The notes under the pieces are model-generated. The model saw nothing but the letters and a program-made list of their open reading frames with translations. It ran no database searches and had not been told where the DNA came from. From Eledone cirrhosa (taxonomy: Eukaryota), in contig OZ024761.1 of the NCBI GenBank assembly GCA_964016885.1, positions 29,202,001-29,266,000 on the forward strand: a stretch of 64,000 nt of DNA. Direction: 5' to 3'. Position 1 is the first letter of the stretch. Each line of letters starts with the position of its first letter. Below are positions 1 to 12,107 of this stretch, one piece after another. The translations under genes and the position numbers were made by a program.

Positions 1-269
1 CCTTCATATTGAGGAATACACCAAAATAATAATTTATCTAAACAAAGAGAAAAAAATCCATTCACTGACATCAGAGTAAAATAGTCTTTTTACAATTGAG
101 TCTCTTGCAATAGGAATTCTTGCAGTTTTCTTTGGTTTCCTTCTTCTATTCCAGCTTATATTATCTTCAGAAATATGGCTCTCAGATCATATTTTGTCCA
201 ATTTCTTTAAAACTTGTTCTATACCAAATAATTGCTGGATCTATGTAGCTATACTTGACTAGAAAACTG

Positions 270-1476
270 TACCTGTAGCTATATAACTAGCTGTGTCTAT
301 ATAACTACACCTGTGTCTATATAACCACACCTGTCTCTATTTAACCACACCTGTATCTATATAACCACACCTGTAGCTATATAATTGCACCTGTATCTAT
401 ATAACCACACATGTATCTATATAACCGCACCTGTATCTATATAACCACACATGTAGCTATATAACTGTACCTGTATCTATATAACCACACCTGTATCTAT
501 ATAACCAGACCTGTATCTATATAACCACACCTGTATCTATATAACCACACATGTATCTATATAACCACACATGTATCTATATAACCACACCTGTATCTAT
601 ATAACCACACCTGTATCTATATAACCACACCTGTATCTATATAACCACACATGTATCTATATAACCACACCTGTAGCAATATAACCACACATGTATCTAT
701 ATAACCACACCTGTAACAATATAACCACACCTGTAGCTATATAACCGCACCTGTATCTATATAACTACACCTGTATCTATATAACTGTACCTGTAGCTAT
801 ATAACCGCACCTGTATCTATATAACTACACCTGTATCTATATAACTACACTTGTATCTATATAACTGTACCTGTATCTATATAACCACACTTGTAGCAAT
901 ATAACCACGCCTGTATCTATATAACCACACATGTATCTATATAACCACACCTGTAGCAATATAACCACACATGTATCTATATAACCACACCTGTAACAAT
1001 ATAACCACACCTGTAGCTATATAACTACACCTGTATCTATATAACTGTACCTGTAGCTATATAACCGCACCTGTATCTATATAACTACACCTGTATCTAT
1101 ATAACTGCACCTGTATCTATATAACCACACCTGTAGCAATATAACCACACCTGTATCTATATAACCACACATGTACCTATATAACCACACCTGTAGCTAT
1201 ATAACCAGACCTGTAGCTATATAACCAGACCTGTAGCAATATAACCACACATGTATCTATATAACTGTACCTGTATCTATATAACCAGACCTGTAGCAAT
1301 ATAACCACACATGTATCTATAAAACCACACCTGTATCTATATAACCAGACCTGTAGCAATATAACCACACATGTATCTATAAAACCACACCTGTATCTAT
1401 ATAACCACACCTGTAGCTATATAACCAGACCTGTAGCTATATAACCACACCTGTAGCAATATAATCACACCTGTAC
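270..1476. repeat. 20-bp minisatellite, ~60 copies (ATAACCACACCTGTATCTAT)
   Basis: Exact 20-nt periodicity with point variants (gtagct/gtagca/atgtat). Confidence 0.98.
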
Positions 1477-1579
1477 TGGGATCAATTAAATAAAGTAGCT
1501 CTCATGCACTGGGGTTGATTTAATCGATTTTCCCCCCTCCCCAAAAATTGTTGGCCTTGTGCCATTATTATTATTATTA

Positions 1580-1780
1580 GGCGGTGGATTGGCAGTATCG
1601 GTAGAGGGTCGGACGCCATGCTTTGATGCATAGAGTTACGGCCCTTGCCATTCTGAGTTCAAATCCCGTCGAGGTTAACTTTGCCTTTCATCCTTACGGG
1701 GTCGATAAAATAAAGTACCAGTAATGTACTGGGTAATTGCTGGCCTTGTGCCAAAGGTAGAAACAATTATTATTATTATT
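1580..1780 (+). mobile_element. tRNA-derived SINE family A, full length
   Basis: A-box-like TGGCAGTATCGG, B-box GAGTTCAAATCC, body GCCTTTCATCCTTACGGGGTCGATAAAATAAAGTACCAG, (ATT)n tail; many copies in the window. Confidence 0.9.
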
Positions 1781-1847
1781 AAATACATAAATACCGAAAG
1801 AAATCATCAATATTTTTATTACATATATATATATTATATATATATAC

Positions 1848-1902
<55 letters not shown>

Positions 1903-2007
1903 CTCGTATATACATAATATATATATAAATATATACATATATACATATACATATATATATATATCTGGCAGTATTATATCAATATGATCCTCCCCAAGTA
2001 TATATAT

Positions 2008-2103
<96 letters not shown>

Positions 2104-2593
2104 ATATCAAAGGGGTAAGAATATAACTTTATTTGCATGCAGAGAGCTATATAAGAGCGTATATGATTGTATGATTGCTGAATAGTTTTATACAAAGTTC
2201 AACATATTTATGTAGTTATGGGTGGGAAATAGAAATATTCTTAAAATAAAAGATATTGAAAGATAAACATAAACACAAGAGATATGTCACAAAAGTAAAT
2301 GATAGAATAAAAAATATCTTATCTCAATGCTTTAGAATTGTTTTGGCATTACTACCGCTTAATACACAGTTTTTGTAGTAATACATCTGAATCTGTTTTA
2401 GTGGTCATATTGAAATGTATTCTTCCTATAGGGCTCGACCTCTTAGTGGGTATTGATTATATCTTTTTCATATTTTTGCTAATTTTGCTTCTGACGAGAC
2501 ATTGCTTCCTTTTAATACACATGCTGTACATAACTTTATTCCATCTTCTTGAATCTTGCCTAACTGTAATAATCAGTAGTAATGCTAGAAAAT

Positions 2594-2786
2594 AGTCAGG
2601 ACCCCCAATGGCTGAGCTCCAGCTGTTTCGACAGCTAGATCCGAGTTCAGATCCAGCTGTCAAAACAGCTGGAGCTCAGCCATCGGGGTCCTGACTCTTT
2701 TCATATTACCTACTCTACTACCCTAAGTATTGAGTACTCAGGTGCGTTATGGTCCACTTGGTATCTTACCATACCCTCTTTGTTAT
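2594..2786. mobile_element. Fold-back element (hairpin ~2594-2700 plus tail), Penelope-like non-autonomous
   Basis: ~48-bp inverted arms; tail homologous to 12438-12520; TTGAGTACT motif; ends in (TA)n. Confidence 0.65.
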
Positions 2787-2948
2787 ACATATATATATAT
2801 ATAGGGAGACTTAAAGCAGGCTTTGTTTAGAACAGGCAAGTGAATTTGAAAATTAGGTAGTAACGTGTGCTTACGCCGTATTTGACTGAATTAGTCTGTT
2901 AGTTGGGATTTTAAAAAAAAACCTCTGAATGGAAAAAAAGAGGAGTAT

Positions 2949-3019
2949 TGATGTACATGGGACACAAACCCACATCTTCGGTTTGCCAGACCAATGTGTT
3001 ACCATTACACGAACACACC
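2949..3019 (-). pseudogene. tRNA-like cloverleaf, anticodon GGC, inside an inverted-repeat element (2802-3192)
   Basis: GGTGTGT/GTACATC acceptor, GTGT/ACAC D-stem, TTGGT-CTGGCAA-ACCGA anticodon arm, GTGGG/CCCAT T-stem with degenerate loop; oligo-T ~10 nt downstream. Confidence 0.7.
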
Positions 3020-3211
3020 ACCCATTCTTCCTTCTATTCAATTAGAAGCTATGTAACCAAAGCAGGTATGTAACCATAGCAGGTATATATATGTATGTAA
3101 ATAGGGAGACACAAAGCAGGCTAGCAAACTTTCTAAAGTTCCAGCTAACAGACTAATTCTATTTAGTCAAATACGGCATAAGCACATGTTACTCTATATA
3201 TATATATATAT

Positions 3212-3402
3212 ATAGAAGGAGCTTCTACAGGACTAGTACTGTTTCATTCAGATGAAATCTTCAGGAAGCTCCTGAAGATTTCATCTGAATGAAACAGTAC
3301 TAGTCCTGTAGAAGCTCCTTCTATAAAATAAAAAAATTTTACTCTGCCATGTATTGAGTACCTTACTTACTGTGGTTATCCCCGACTCAACCCGGGACCT
3401 AC
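3212..3402. mobile_element. Fold-back hammerhead element (perfect palindrome 3212-3324 plus tail)
   Basis: ~53-bp perfect inverted arms, (TA)n on both sides; related inverted copy at 3439-3612. Confidence 0.85.
3218..3272 (-). ncRNA. Type I hammerhead ribozyme
   Basis: GGAGCUUC-CUGAAGA-UUUCAUCUGAAU-GAA-ACAG(UACUAGUC)CUGU-A|GAAGCUCC: 8-bp stem I, 4-bp stem III, GUA triplet. Confidence 0.85.
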
Positions 3403-3438
<36 letters not shown>

Positions 3439-3441
<3 letters not shown>

Positions 3442-3612
3442 TATCCTGGGTTCAATCGGGGGTAACCACAGTAAGTAAGGTATTCAATACATAGCAGAAT
3501 ATAAATATTTAATATAGAAATGGCTTCTACAGGACTAGAACTGTTTCCTGACGATTGCTCCAGAATGAAATATTTCTAGTCTTGTAGAAGCCATTTCTAT
3601 ATTAAATATTTA
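3439..3612. mobile_element. Second, diverged copy of the 3212 fold-back family with degenerate hammerhead
   Basis: Tail is the reverse complement of 3340-3400; arms ~3502-3546 and ~3566-3612; CTGACGA...GAAAT core. Confidence 0.75.
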
Positions 3613-3626
3613 TATATATATATATG

Positions 3627-3962
3627 TAGAGGTTATATTTAATTTGTTGGGATACAACAAGCAAAATATTTTTATAACTGATATAAAGCACTCAATAAAT
3701 TATTGGAGTAAATATACAATATATTAACAAATGGAAACTATATTTATAAAACAATATTTATTTCATTATACTATCCAGGAGATTCCAACCAGAATGGTTG
3801 CATTTTTTAAGGGTATGTCAATATTTATTTATAAAACTAACCTATATTATATTTTATCTGATGAAAGTGCACCATAGTTTGCTCTGGTGGCCCTTGAAAT
3901 ATGTATAATGAAATAAATATGGTTTTATAAATATAGTTTCCATTTGTTAATATATTGTATAT
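3627..3962. mobile_element. Fold-back hammerhead element (arms ~3712-3771 / ~3903-3962)
   Basis: 60-bp inverted arms, tail with AGCACTCAA, flanked by (TA)n. Confidence 0.8.
3850..3915 (+). ncRNA. Type I hammerhead ribozyme
   Basis: UAUUUUAU-CUGAUGA-[AAG..GCACCA..UGGUGGC..CUU]-GAAAU-AUGU-AUA|AUGAAAUA. Confidence 0.75.
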
Positions 3963-4410
3963 ATATATATATATATATAGATATAAATGAAAAGTATAGA
4001 AATTGGTGTAGCGAGAAGCCAACAGTATTCCATAACATATATGTGACTATAGCGTCAAAATGGGAAAATAGTTAACATAAGATATGGGAAAAATAAGATA
4101 TGGGATATATATATATATATAATCCCACCCTTGCAAGCAGAGAAAAGTGGATGTAAAATGATGATGATGATGATAATAGTGGTAATAATAATATTATTAA
4201 TAAATGGAGTATTAAAACTGCTTTTGAGGTCGATATACTAGTCTAGTACTTGAGTCAATTTTTCTTCTCGTTGGAAGAAATCTGCTGAACTCAGGCCTGG
4301 AGAGGAATGTACTCTGCTGGCTCAAGATGCCCAAGAAACAATCTATATTAATGCGGCACCCCTACAATTCTATCAGGAGTTATGGGAACATACAAATATA
4401 TATATATATA

Positions 4411-4745
4411 TAGTGGTTAGAGCATTGGCCTTGCAATCAAAAGGTTGTGAGTTCAATTCTCAGACCGGGTGATGTGTTGTTTCCTTGAGCAAGACACTTT
4501 ATTTCACATTGCTCCAGTTTACTCAGCTGTAGAAATGAGATGATAGGGACTGGGGTCCATATCATTCCACTGCAAACTGGTCGTGGAGGTGCCACGGCAA
4601 AAAAGCACCCAGCCCATACTGTAAATGAGGTTGGTGTTAGGAAGGGCATCCAGCTGTAGAAATCAAGCCAGAATCAGTTCCTGTCCCACCCTTGCAAGCA
4701 GGGAAAAGCGGAGGTAAAATGATGATGATGATGATGATGATGATG
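4411..4745 (+). mobile_element. tRNA/CORE-type SINE family B with RTE-1 3' tail
   Basis: tRNA-like head, CORE-like CCTTGAGCAAGACACTT...CAGCTGTAGAAATG, tail CCCACCCTTGCAAGCAGGGAAAAGCGG..TAAAA(TGA)n. Confidence 0.9.
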
Positions 4746-4799
4746 ATATATATATATATGCAGATATATATATATATATACAAATATATATATATATAT

Positions 4800-4836
<37 letters not shown>

Positions 4837-4847
4837 AATATATATAT

Positions 4848-5290
4848 ATCATCATCATCATCATCATCATCATTGTTTAACGTCCATCTTCCACGCTAGC
4901 ATGGGTTTGGACGAGAATTTTCCCACTTGAGGCAAGAGTGGTTGTCTTGCTCGCATAGGACTGTCTGGTGGGTTTTCTATGGCTGGATGCCCTTCCTAAC
5001 ACCAACCACGCGTTTACCGTGTGGACTGGGAGTTTTTACCATGTTACCTACACAGCCACATTACAGTGTGGACTGTGTGTTTTTTTGTCGTACACCTACA
5101 CGACCTCATTTGTTTCAGACTGGATATTGTGGTACCAACATAATATTACATTGGAAGGGGTGGTGTGGATGGGGTGGGGGTAGTGGGACGGGGGTGTATT
5201 TTTGTTAGAGGTGCCTACTGACTGTAGGTTTCGCTTTGTTCTTAGGCAAGGCGGGTCTTCTGTATGACTGTGTAGCGGCAAAAATCTTTG
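4848..5290 (-). mobile_element. RTE-2 3' fragment (ORF end plus 3'UTR)
   Basis: [10 protein letters not shown] and UTR match 31810-32230. Confidence 0.9.
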
Positions 5291-5525
5291 TATATATATA
5301 TATATATACAAATATATATATATATATATACAGATATATATATATACAGATATATATATACAGATATATATATATACAAATATATATATATATATACAAA
5401 TATATATATATATATACAGATATATATATATATATACAGATATATATATATATATACAGATATATATATATATATACAGATATATATATATATATACAGA
5501 TATTCAAATATATATATATATATAT

Positions 5526-5566
<41 letters not shown>

Positions 5567-5629
5567 TATATATATATATATATATATATATTCAAATATA
5601 TATATATATATATACAAATATATATATAT

Positions 5630-5672
<43 letters not shown>

Positions 5673-5739
5673 GTTTGTCTCTGTATATGTTTACGTCTAC
5701 TGTTTTTTTTTATGCCCTGTGATATAGCAATTTGACGAA

Positions 5740-5870
5740 AAACGATAAATAACAAAAAAATCTACTGGAGGGGTGGGTTGATACGATTGGCTAAATCCCT
5801 TCAAGATAGTGCCCCAGTATGGCCGTAGTCTAAGGACTGAAAGCAATGAAAGAGTAAAGAAAAGAGAAAA
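5740..5870 (+). mobile_element. 3' part of a third SINE family
   Basis: GTGCCCCAGTATGGCCGTAGTCTAAGGACTGAAA plus purine-rich tail; recognised from memory as SINE-like. Confidence 0.45.
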
Positions 5871-6214
5871 GTAAACCAAATGACTGACTGACAAGGAGCA
5901 AATATACACATACACACCACAAGGTGCAAGTATATACATACACACCACAAGGAGCAAGTATATACATACACACCACACAAACATATATATATATATATAT
6001 ACACCACACACATATACGCCACCCCATCCCAGTACATCAACCTAGCACCACCACCACCCCACCAGAGCCCCACCCCCATCACACCCCCACCCCATCCAAA
6101 CCAAATATTCCATTACCGTTTATATGTTCTCCTGCAGTAAACAAAAAATATATCTTTGTAAAAACCTGTTAAATGTGAAATATTCTCATCAATTATTTCA
6201 ATTTTTTTTATTTC

Positions 6215-6442
6215 TCCATCTTTCTCTATCTTCTTCTCTCTCCATCTCTCCATCTATCTCTCTTCTTCTCCACCTCTCTCTCTTCTCTTTCTCCTTCTCT
6301 CTCTTTCTCTTCTTCTTCCACATCTCTATCTCTCCATCTCTCTCTCTCTTCTTCTCCATCTCTCTCTCTCTCTTCTCTTTCTCCTTCTCCATCTCTCTCT
6401 CTCTTTCTCTTCTTCTTCCACATCTCTCTCTCTTCTTCCACA

Positions 6443-6474
<32 letters not shown>

Positions 6475-6595
6475 CATCACTCTCCCCTCTCTCTACTCCA
6501 TCTCTCTCCCTCTCTCTCCTTCCACATCTCTCTCTCTTTCTCTCCTTCTCCATCACTCTCCCTCCCCCTCTCCCTTTTCACTTCTTCTCCATCTT
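6215..6595. repeat. (CT)n-rich polypyrimidine tract
   Basis: Direct inspection. Confidence 0.95.
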
Positions 6596-7265
6596 CTAGA
6601 AGGAATATTTTCATTCGTGTTTTCGTTTAAATAAATAAATCTTTCAAGGTATATGTTTATAAAGAAAATCAAAGCAAGCGCACACTGGTAAGAAAGGTCA
6701 TCGGAATATATAAATAAACATATATACTTCTGATGAAGGATTTTAGTTTTTTGGGGGAGGGCTTTTTACTATTGAGGCCTTTTTTGAGGTTTTGAGGTTT
6801 TGCTCTTTCTTTTGTTTTTCTTGAGTTTTCCTGTCCTTTTGGGTTTTTTTTTTGTTGTTGCTAGAAATGAGGGTGTGTAAGTATGTGTGTATATGTGAAT
6901 GTGGTGTGTATATATATGTGTATGTGTGTGTGGTGTGTGGTGTGTGTGTGTGCGTGATGTGTGTGTGGTGTGTGGTGTGTGTATGTGATGTGTGTGTGTG
7001 CATGAGCAGTGTGTGTGCGTGTGTGCTTATATGGTGTGTTTGAATATATATGTGTGAGTGGTGTGTGCATATGTGAGTGTGTGTATATATGCATAGTGTA
7101 ATCTGTATATGTGAATGTGGTGTGTATAAATATGTGTGTGTGTGTGATGTGTGTGAGAGCAGTGTGTGTGTAATGTATAGGTATGTGTGTGTGGTGTGTA
7201 TATGTATATGTGTGGAAGAACGGACGTAAAATGATGATGATGATGATATATGTGTGTGGTGTGTG

Positions 7266-7297
<32 letters not shown>

Positions 7298-7806
7298 GTG
7301 TGTGTGTGTGTGATATGTGTGTGAGCAGTGTGTGTGTTTATATGATGTGTATATATATATATATGTGTGTGTGTGTGAGTGATGTGTGTATATATGTGTA
7401 TGTGTGGTGTGTATATGTATATGTGTGTATATGTAAATGTGTGTGTGGTGGTGTGTATATGTGTGTTTGCATGTGGTATGCGTTTAAATGTGTGTATGTG
7501 TGTACGGTATGTATTTGTATGTGTGTATGGTGTGTGTATGTATATGTGAATGTGGTGTGGTGTGTATGGTGTATATATGTGTGTGTGTGTGGTGTGTATA
7601 TGTATGTAATATGGTATATATGTTTGTGTGTGTGTATGCCTGTATATAGTATATATATAGTATATATATGTGTGTGTGTGTATAGGAACTAGCAGAGGCG
7701 ATGTCTTTCATACCTTTAGGTACAAACACTTCTTTTCTATATAAACTTTAAACTAAATCTCATCATTATCACTGGAATAATGTAAAAAAAAAACTAATTT
7801 CAAAAT

Positions 7807-7848
<42 letters not shown>

Positions 7849-8204
7849 TTATATATATAAATATATACATTTATTTATATAAATATATACATTTATATAT
7901 ATAAATATATACATTTATTTATATAAATATATACATTTATATATATAAATATATACATTTATTTATATAAATATATACATTTATATATATATATATAAAT
8001 TTATATATATAAACATATACATTTATATATATAAATATATACAGTTATATATATAAATATATATGTAAATATATATCCGAAATAAATTTAGTTAAATTAA
8101 ATTAAAGGAGTCATGTCCGAGATATGCATCATATCCACTGTAGAATAAGCTCAAAGATTCCACTAAATAGATCCGAGCATTTTATATCAACTAGAAATTG
8201 ATTG

Positions 8205-8231
<27 letters not shown>

Positions 8232-8235
<4 letters not shown>

Positions 8236-8675
8236 AAATAAACACATGAAACAATCACAGGGATAATTTGTAAAGTGTGTAATCACACACAGCTAAGTAG
8301 GTAACTTATTAAAGTTTAACTAGATCTTCAAATATTACCTTTTAAAAATGATTAATCCTCCTTGTATATATTTCATGTTAGTAGTTTTAGAATTGCAGCA
8401 CGTGCGAAGGGTCACTAGCAGGTTTGCATTTTATGCGTAAACACAGACAGTTATTTCTTCCTCCTTGCTGATGATCTAAGAATTAACTACTGTGACTTTA
8501 CGGATTTTTAGTGAAATATATTTCTTTAATGAAATATATACAACGAGGATTAATCATTTTTTAAAAGGCAATATTTGAAGATCTAGTTAAACTTTAATTA
8601 GTTACCTACCTAGCTGTGTGTGATTACACACTTTAAAAATTATGCCCTGTGATTGTTTCATGTGTTTATTTTAAA
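8232..8675. mobile_element. Fold-back hammerhead element with ~145-bp inverted arms
   Basis: 8232-8377 is the reverse complement of ~8529-8675; (TA)n on both sides. Confidence 0.85.
8459..8549 (+). ncRNA. Type I hammerhead ribozyme with extended stems II and III
   Basis: UCCUCCUUG-CUGAUGA-U[CUAAGAAU..AUUUUUAG]U-GAA-AUAUAUUUC(UUUAAU)GAAAUAUAU-A|CAACGAGGA. Confidence 0.85.
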
Positions 8676-8730
8676 TATATATATATATGTGTCAATCAAT
8701 TTCTAGTTGATATGTAAATATATACATTTA

Positions 8731-8893
8731 TCATCATCATCATCATCATCATTTTACGTCCGCTTTTCCCTGCTTGCAAGGGTGGGACGGCTCTTATTCA
8801 GCACAGCATCTCTCCACTCGTCACGGTCCTTTGTCATCTCCACCGTGAGCTTCAATGATCTGAGGTCTGTTCTCACCACCTCCGCCCATGTTG
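8731..8893 (-). mobile_element. RTE-1 3' fragment
   Basis: Near-identical to 25081-25245. Confidence 0.92.
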
Positions 8894-9164
8894 TTTATAA
8901 ATATAAATATATACATTTGTATATATTCATATATACGTATATACATTTGTATATATACATACATATATATACATGTGTGTGTGTGTACAGTTTAAATACA
9001 CAACAAGTCTCTGATATCTGAATGGCTAAATGTCAGCAGATGAGCACCCAGGAGTCATGCCCTGGTCCCCTTAGAGTATAAGAAGAACACTTGCTTGAGA
9101 GGGGTTCCTTCTCTGAAGACTTTCTGCTATCCAGCTCTCCTAAGAGCTTCTTACCACTATATAC

Positions 9165-9199
<35 letters not shown>

Positions 9200-9245
9200 T
9201 ATATTAATATATATAGTACATATACATATATTAATATATATATAC

Positions 9246-9852
9246 GGTGGCTGCCAACTCGTTTTCGAGTATGGCCACTACTTTATATCCATGCAGGAGA
9301 ACCCCTACCGATGCGCTGAACGAGTGTGACTTTTTAGTCCAGCCAGCGACTTGAAAACTGGCACAATCACTACACTTGTGACAATTATTGACACATAGTG
9401 TTGGGCCCATGGTACCACGTGATGACAAGTGCAGAGAGATCTCCAGATATAAAGCAATGCCTGTGCTGTGAAGCTTTTATAGTGAGCAAAGGCAATGCAC
9501 AAAGCCAGTCCCACTCTCTTAACCAAGATGATATTTACCAAAAAGAAGAACAAGTCAACATCATTGGATACCATCAGGGTTGCAGGTGTTATATCAGAGT
9601 TTTCCTTCTCCTAGAATTCTGCCTTGACAAAGGCTAAGGGGTCATCTCTCCCGGTGATTTTAGATGGCCATTGACTCTTAAGAGCTCCTTTGCCCTTTTG
9701 ACAGGTTTTGTTTTTAGTCCTGTAGGATGTCCAAAGTCACCCTCCTCACCAAGAAACCTTGGTGGGGTTGCCAGTTTAGTCGCCAACGACCCGACCATGA
9801 GACGGGTTGTACTGGGATACATGTTACCAGTAGCACCAACTGGTGACCTGAC
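9246..9852 (-). mobile_element. ~610-bp non-coding retroelement with RTE-5'UTR-like head, copy 1
   Basis: Highly similar to 9946-10553 and 33290-33716; head contains CTAGGAGAAGGAAAACTCTG, typical of RTE-like 5'UTRs; sits in (TA)n. Confidence 0.7.
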
Positions 9853-9945
9853 ATATATACATACATACATATATATATACATACATATACATACATACAT
9901 ACATATATATACATATATACATACATATACATACATACATACATA

Positions 9946-10553
9946 TGGTGGCTGCCAACTCGTTTTCGAGTACGGCCACTACTTTATATCCATGTAGGAG
10001 AACCCCCACCAATGCGCTGAACGAGTGTGACTTCTTAGTCCAGCCAGCGACTTGAAAACTCTGGCACAAATACCCCACCTGTGACCATTATTGACATATA
10101 GTGCTGGGCCCATGGTACATGTGATGACAAGTGCAGAGATATTTCCAGGTATAAAGCAATGCCTGTGCCGTGAAGCTTTTATAGTGAGCAAAGGCACTGC
10201 ACAAAGCCAGTCCCACTCTCTTAACCAAGATGATATTTACCAAAAAGAAGAACAAGTCAACATCATTGGATACCATCAGGGTTGCAGGTGTTATATCAGA
10301 GTTTTCCTTCTCCTAGAATTCTGCCTTGACAAAGGCTAAGGGGTCATCTCTCCCACTGATTTTGGATGGCCATTGACTCTTAAGAGCTCCTTTGCCCTTT
10401 GACAGGTTTTGTTTTTAGTCCTGCAGGATGTCCAAAGTCACCCTCCTCACCAAGAAACCTTGGTGGGGTTGCCAGTTTAGTTGCCAACGACCCGACCATG
10501 AGACAGGTTGTACTGGGATACATGTTACCAGTAGCACCAAGTGGTGACCTGAC
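9946..10553 (-). mobile_element. ~610-bp element, copy 2
   Basis: Direct repeat of 9246-9852, separated by TA/TACA microsatellite. Confidence 0.7.
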
Positions 10554-10705
10554 ATAATATATATATATATATATACATACATATATTTATATATATATAT
10601 AGTACATATACATATATTAATATATATATATATATAGTACATATACATATATTAATATATATATATAGTACATATACATATAATAATATATATATATAGT
10701 ACATA

Positions 10706-10737
<32 letters not shown>

Positions 10738-10763
10738 ACATACATATATTTATATATATATAC

Positions 10764-10804
<41 letters not shown>

Positions 10805-10858
10805 TTTATATATGTATATACATATATATATATATTTATTAATATATATATATATATG

Positions 10859-11207
10859 ATCATCATCATCATCATCATCATTTCATTTTACGTCCGCTTT
10901 TTCCCTTGCTTGCAAGGGTGGGACGGGAACTGATTGTGGCTTGATTTCTACAGCTGGATGCCCTTCCTAACATCAACCTCATTTACAGTGAGTCCTGGGT
11001 GCTTTTTTCCATGGCACCTCCACGACCACTTTGCAGTGGAATGATATGGACCCCAGTCCCTATCATCTCATTTCTACAGCTGAGTAAACTGGAGCAATGT
11101 GAAATAAAGTGTCTTGCTCAAGGAAACAACACATCACCCGGTCTGAGAATTGAACTCACAACCTTTCGATTGCAAGGCCAATGCTCTAACCACTGGCCTT
11201 GCAATCG

Positions 11208-11208
<1 letters not shown>
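10859..11208 (-). mobile_element. SINE-B with short 5' inversion
   Basis: Matches SINE-B; GGCCTTGCAATCGAAA at ~11194-11209 inverts 11164-11179. Confidence 0.88.
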
Positions 11209-11238
<30 letters not shown>

Positions 11239-11242
<4 letters not shown>

Positions 11243-11658
11243 TAATAGAGAAGACCCGCCTTACCTAAATACAAAGTAAAACCTACTACAGTCAGTAGGC
11301 ATCTCTAACAAAACACACCCCCGTCCCACCACCCCCACCCCATCCACACCGCCCCTTTCAATGTAAAGTTATGTTGGTGCCACAACATCCAGGTCGAAAC
11401 AAATGAGATCGTGTAGGTGTCACGACAAAAAAACACACAGTCCACGCTGCAATGTGGCCGTGTAGGCAACACGGTAAAAACCTCCCAGTCCCACATTGTA
11501 AATGTGGTTGGTGTTAGGAAGGGCATCCAACTGTAGAAAACCCGCCAGACAGTCCTATGCGAGCAAGACAACCACTCTTGCCTCAAGTGGGAAAACTCCC
11601 GTCCAAACCCATGCAAGCGTGGAAGATGGATGTTAAACGATGATGATGATGATGATGA
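11239..11658 (+). mobile_element. RTE-2 3' fragment
   Basis: SVIEKTRLT* plus 3'UTR plus (ATG)n. Confidence 0.9.
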
Positions 11659-11921
11659 TTATATATATATATATATATTTATTAATATATATATATATAT
11701 ATATTAATATATATATATATATATATATTAATATATATATATATATTAATATATATATTAATATATATATATATATATATATATTTATTAATATATATAT
11801 ATATATATTTATTAATATATATATATATATATATACATACATACATTTATATATATATATATACATACATATATTTATATATAAATACATATATACATAT
11901 ATTTATATATATATACATACA

Positions 11922-11955
<34 letters not shown>

Positions 11956-12107
11956 CATCATCATCATCAATGATGATGATACATATATTTATATATATAT
12001 ATATATATACATACATATATTTATATATATATACATATATATATATTTATTAATATATATATATATTAATATATATATATATATTAATATATATATACAT
12101 ATATATA

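Noticed and set aside
270-1476. CRISPR-like regular repeat (also 62372-62972)
   Set aside because: Head-to-tail units without unique spacers, eukaryotic context, no cas genes.
7724-7781. Minus-strand segment near 7715-7772 with good acceptor and donor
   Set aside because: Stops in all three frames; at best a non-coding exon.
8232-8675. Classification of fold-back elements as MITEs with TA TSD
   Set aside because: Arm lengths and breakpoints vary, most have an asymmetric tail and hammerhead, and one family is linked to a GIY-YIG ORF; not fully excluded for this symmetric copy.
9111-9150. CTGAAGA here and CTGATGA at 6730 as hammerhead cores
   Set aside because: No downstream GAAA with pairing stems.
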